This document shows, in pieces, positions 32,709 to 33,468 of a DNA stretch of 33,468 bases. Source of the stretch: Nemertoderma westbladi (taxonomy: Eukaryota; Animalia; Xenacoelomorpha); NCBI GenBank assembly GCA_032718475.1, contig JAUCBJ010007845.1:1-33468 (forward strand), given 5' to 3'. The position numbers were made by a program, and so were the translations under genes. How positions within the stretch are numbered: the first letter of the stretch is position 1; every line of letters starts with the position of its first letter. The notes under the pieces are model-generated. The model was not told the origin of the DNA. It saw only the letters and a list, made by a program, of their open reading frames with translations, and did not search any database.

Positions 32709-32952
32709 AAACAGAGTGGAAGGGTTTACTGTGGAAGATCACCTAGGGTGGTGAACGGGATTTCCTTTAGGAAATAGAGTGGAAGGGTTTACTGTGGAAG
32801 ATCACCCATGGTGGTGAACAGGCATTCCTTAAGGAAACATAGTGGAATGGTTTACTGTGGAGGATCACCCATGGTGGTGAACAGGCATTCCTTTAGGAAA
32901 CAGAATGGAAGCTGAAGGGTTTATTGTGGAAGATCACCCATATGGTGGTGAA
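32709..32952. repeat. About 63-bp tandem repeat, about 4 copies
   Basis: agggtttactgtggaagatcacc..ggtggtgaac..ttcctttaggaaa recurs at about a 63-bp period. Confidence 0.9.
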
Positions 32953-33468
32953 TAGGGATGTCCCGGAATCGATATTTTGATTCCGGCCGGAACCGGAACC
33001 GGAATTCAACATGCCGGAATATTCCGGAAATGACCCAGGAAATTTTATAATTTTTTATGAAACAAATGAATTTTTTAATTTTTTAATGACCTGAGCTGTT
33101 TGTTACGGCCTATCGCGTCATTAGGTCCTTTGGTGCAATATCCTGGTGTCTTTAAGGGAAAGGAGCATGTTACAGTGACATGTTATTCGAACCAAAACAA
33201 TAAACGAGGCCAATAGTACATGTTACAGTTTACTTATTGCTGGGAATAAATATATTTATGGTAAGAAATGGATTTGCTGTAAATAGAAATTAAACTACTA
33301 TATTATGCAGCACCTACGACGCAGAACTGAACTAAAGAAACTTAGAAATGTGTTACATACCCATCAAGACTGAATTCACTGTAATACACAGGGTGGCTGT
33401 GAATTTTCCCTCGTTACATAGGTTAGTTAGGTTCCACCTTGGTGTAGTGGTTGCATTGATTCCACTTC
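32953..33468. mobile_element. Left end of another hAT-like element; right boundary unknown
   Basis: TAGGGATGTCCCGGAA start with clustered CCGGAA subterminal motifs (32963-33030); it truncates the 63-bp array. Confidence 0.55.

Overview
Repeat-rich animal (invertebrate-type) genomic DNA, not prokaryotic. The left 19.5 kb is a nest of LTR retrotransposons. It holds the 5' LTR and leader of a BEL/Pao element (1-1404, minus strand) inserted into a decayed Gypsy pol, then a young 15.9-kb BEL/Pao element (3631-19485, minus strand). That element has two 1162-bp LTRs with about 7 differences by eye, a single-frame gag-pol broken by four nonsense codons, and a decayed extra ORF in the env position. 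A cluster of non-autonomous DNA transposons follows (IS3EU-like, EnSpm-like, 8-bp-TSD foldback). Next come the first five coding exons of a ferroportin (SLC40A1) gene on the plus strand, with tandem repeats at two 3' splice regions. Downstream is a hAT-ended, TSD-flanked unit carrying a spliced Zator transposase. The top finding is that neither BEL element has a tRNA primer-binding site. In both, the 11-12 nt abutting the 5' LTR are perfectly complementary to a site inside their own LTR, with two compensatory substitutions between the elements. This is the signature of Tf1-style self-primed reverse transcription, here in a BEL/Pao lineage. All alignments and counts were done by eye.
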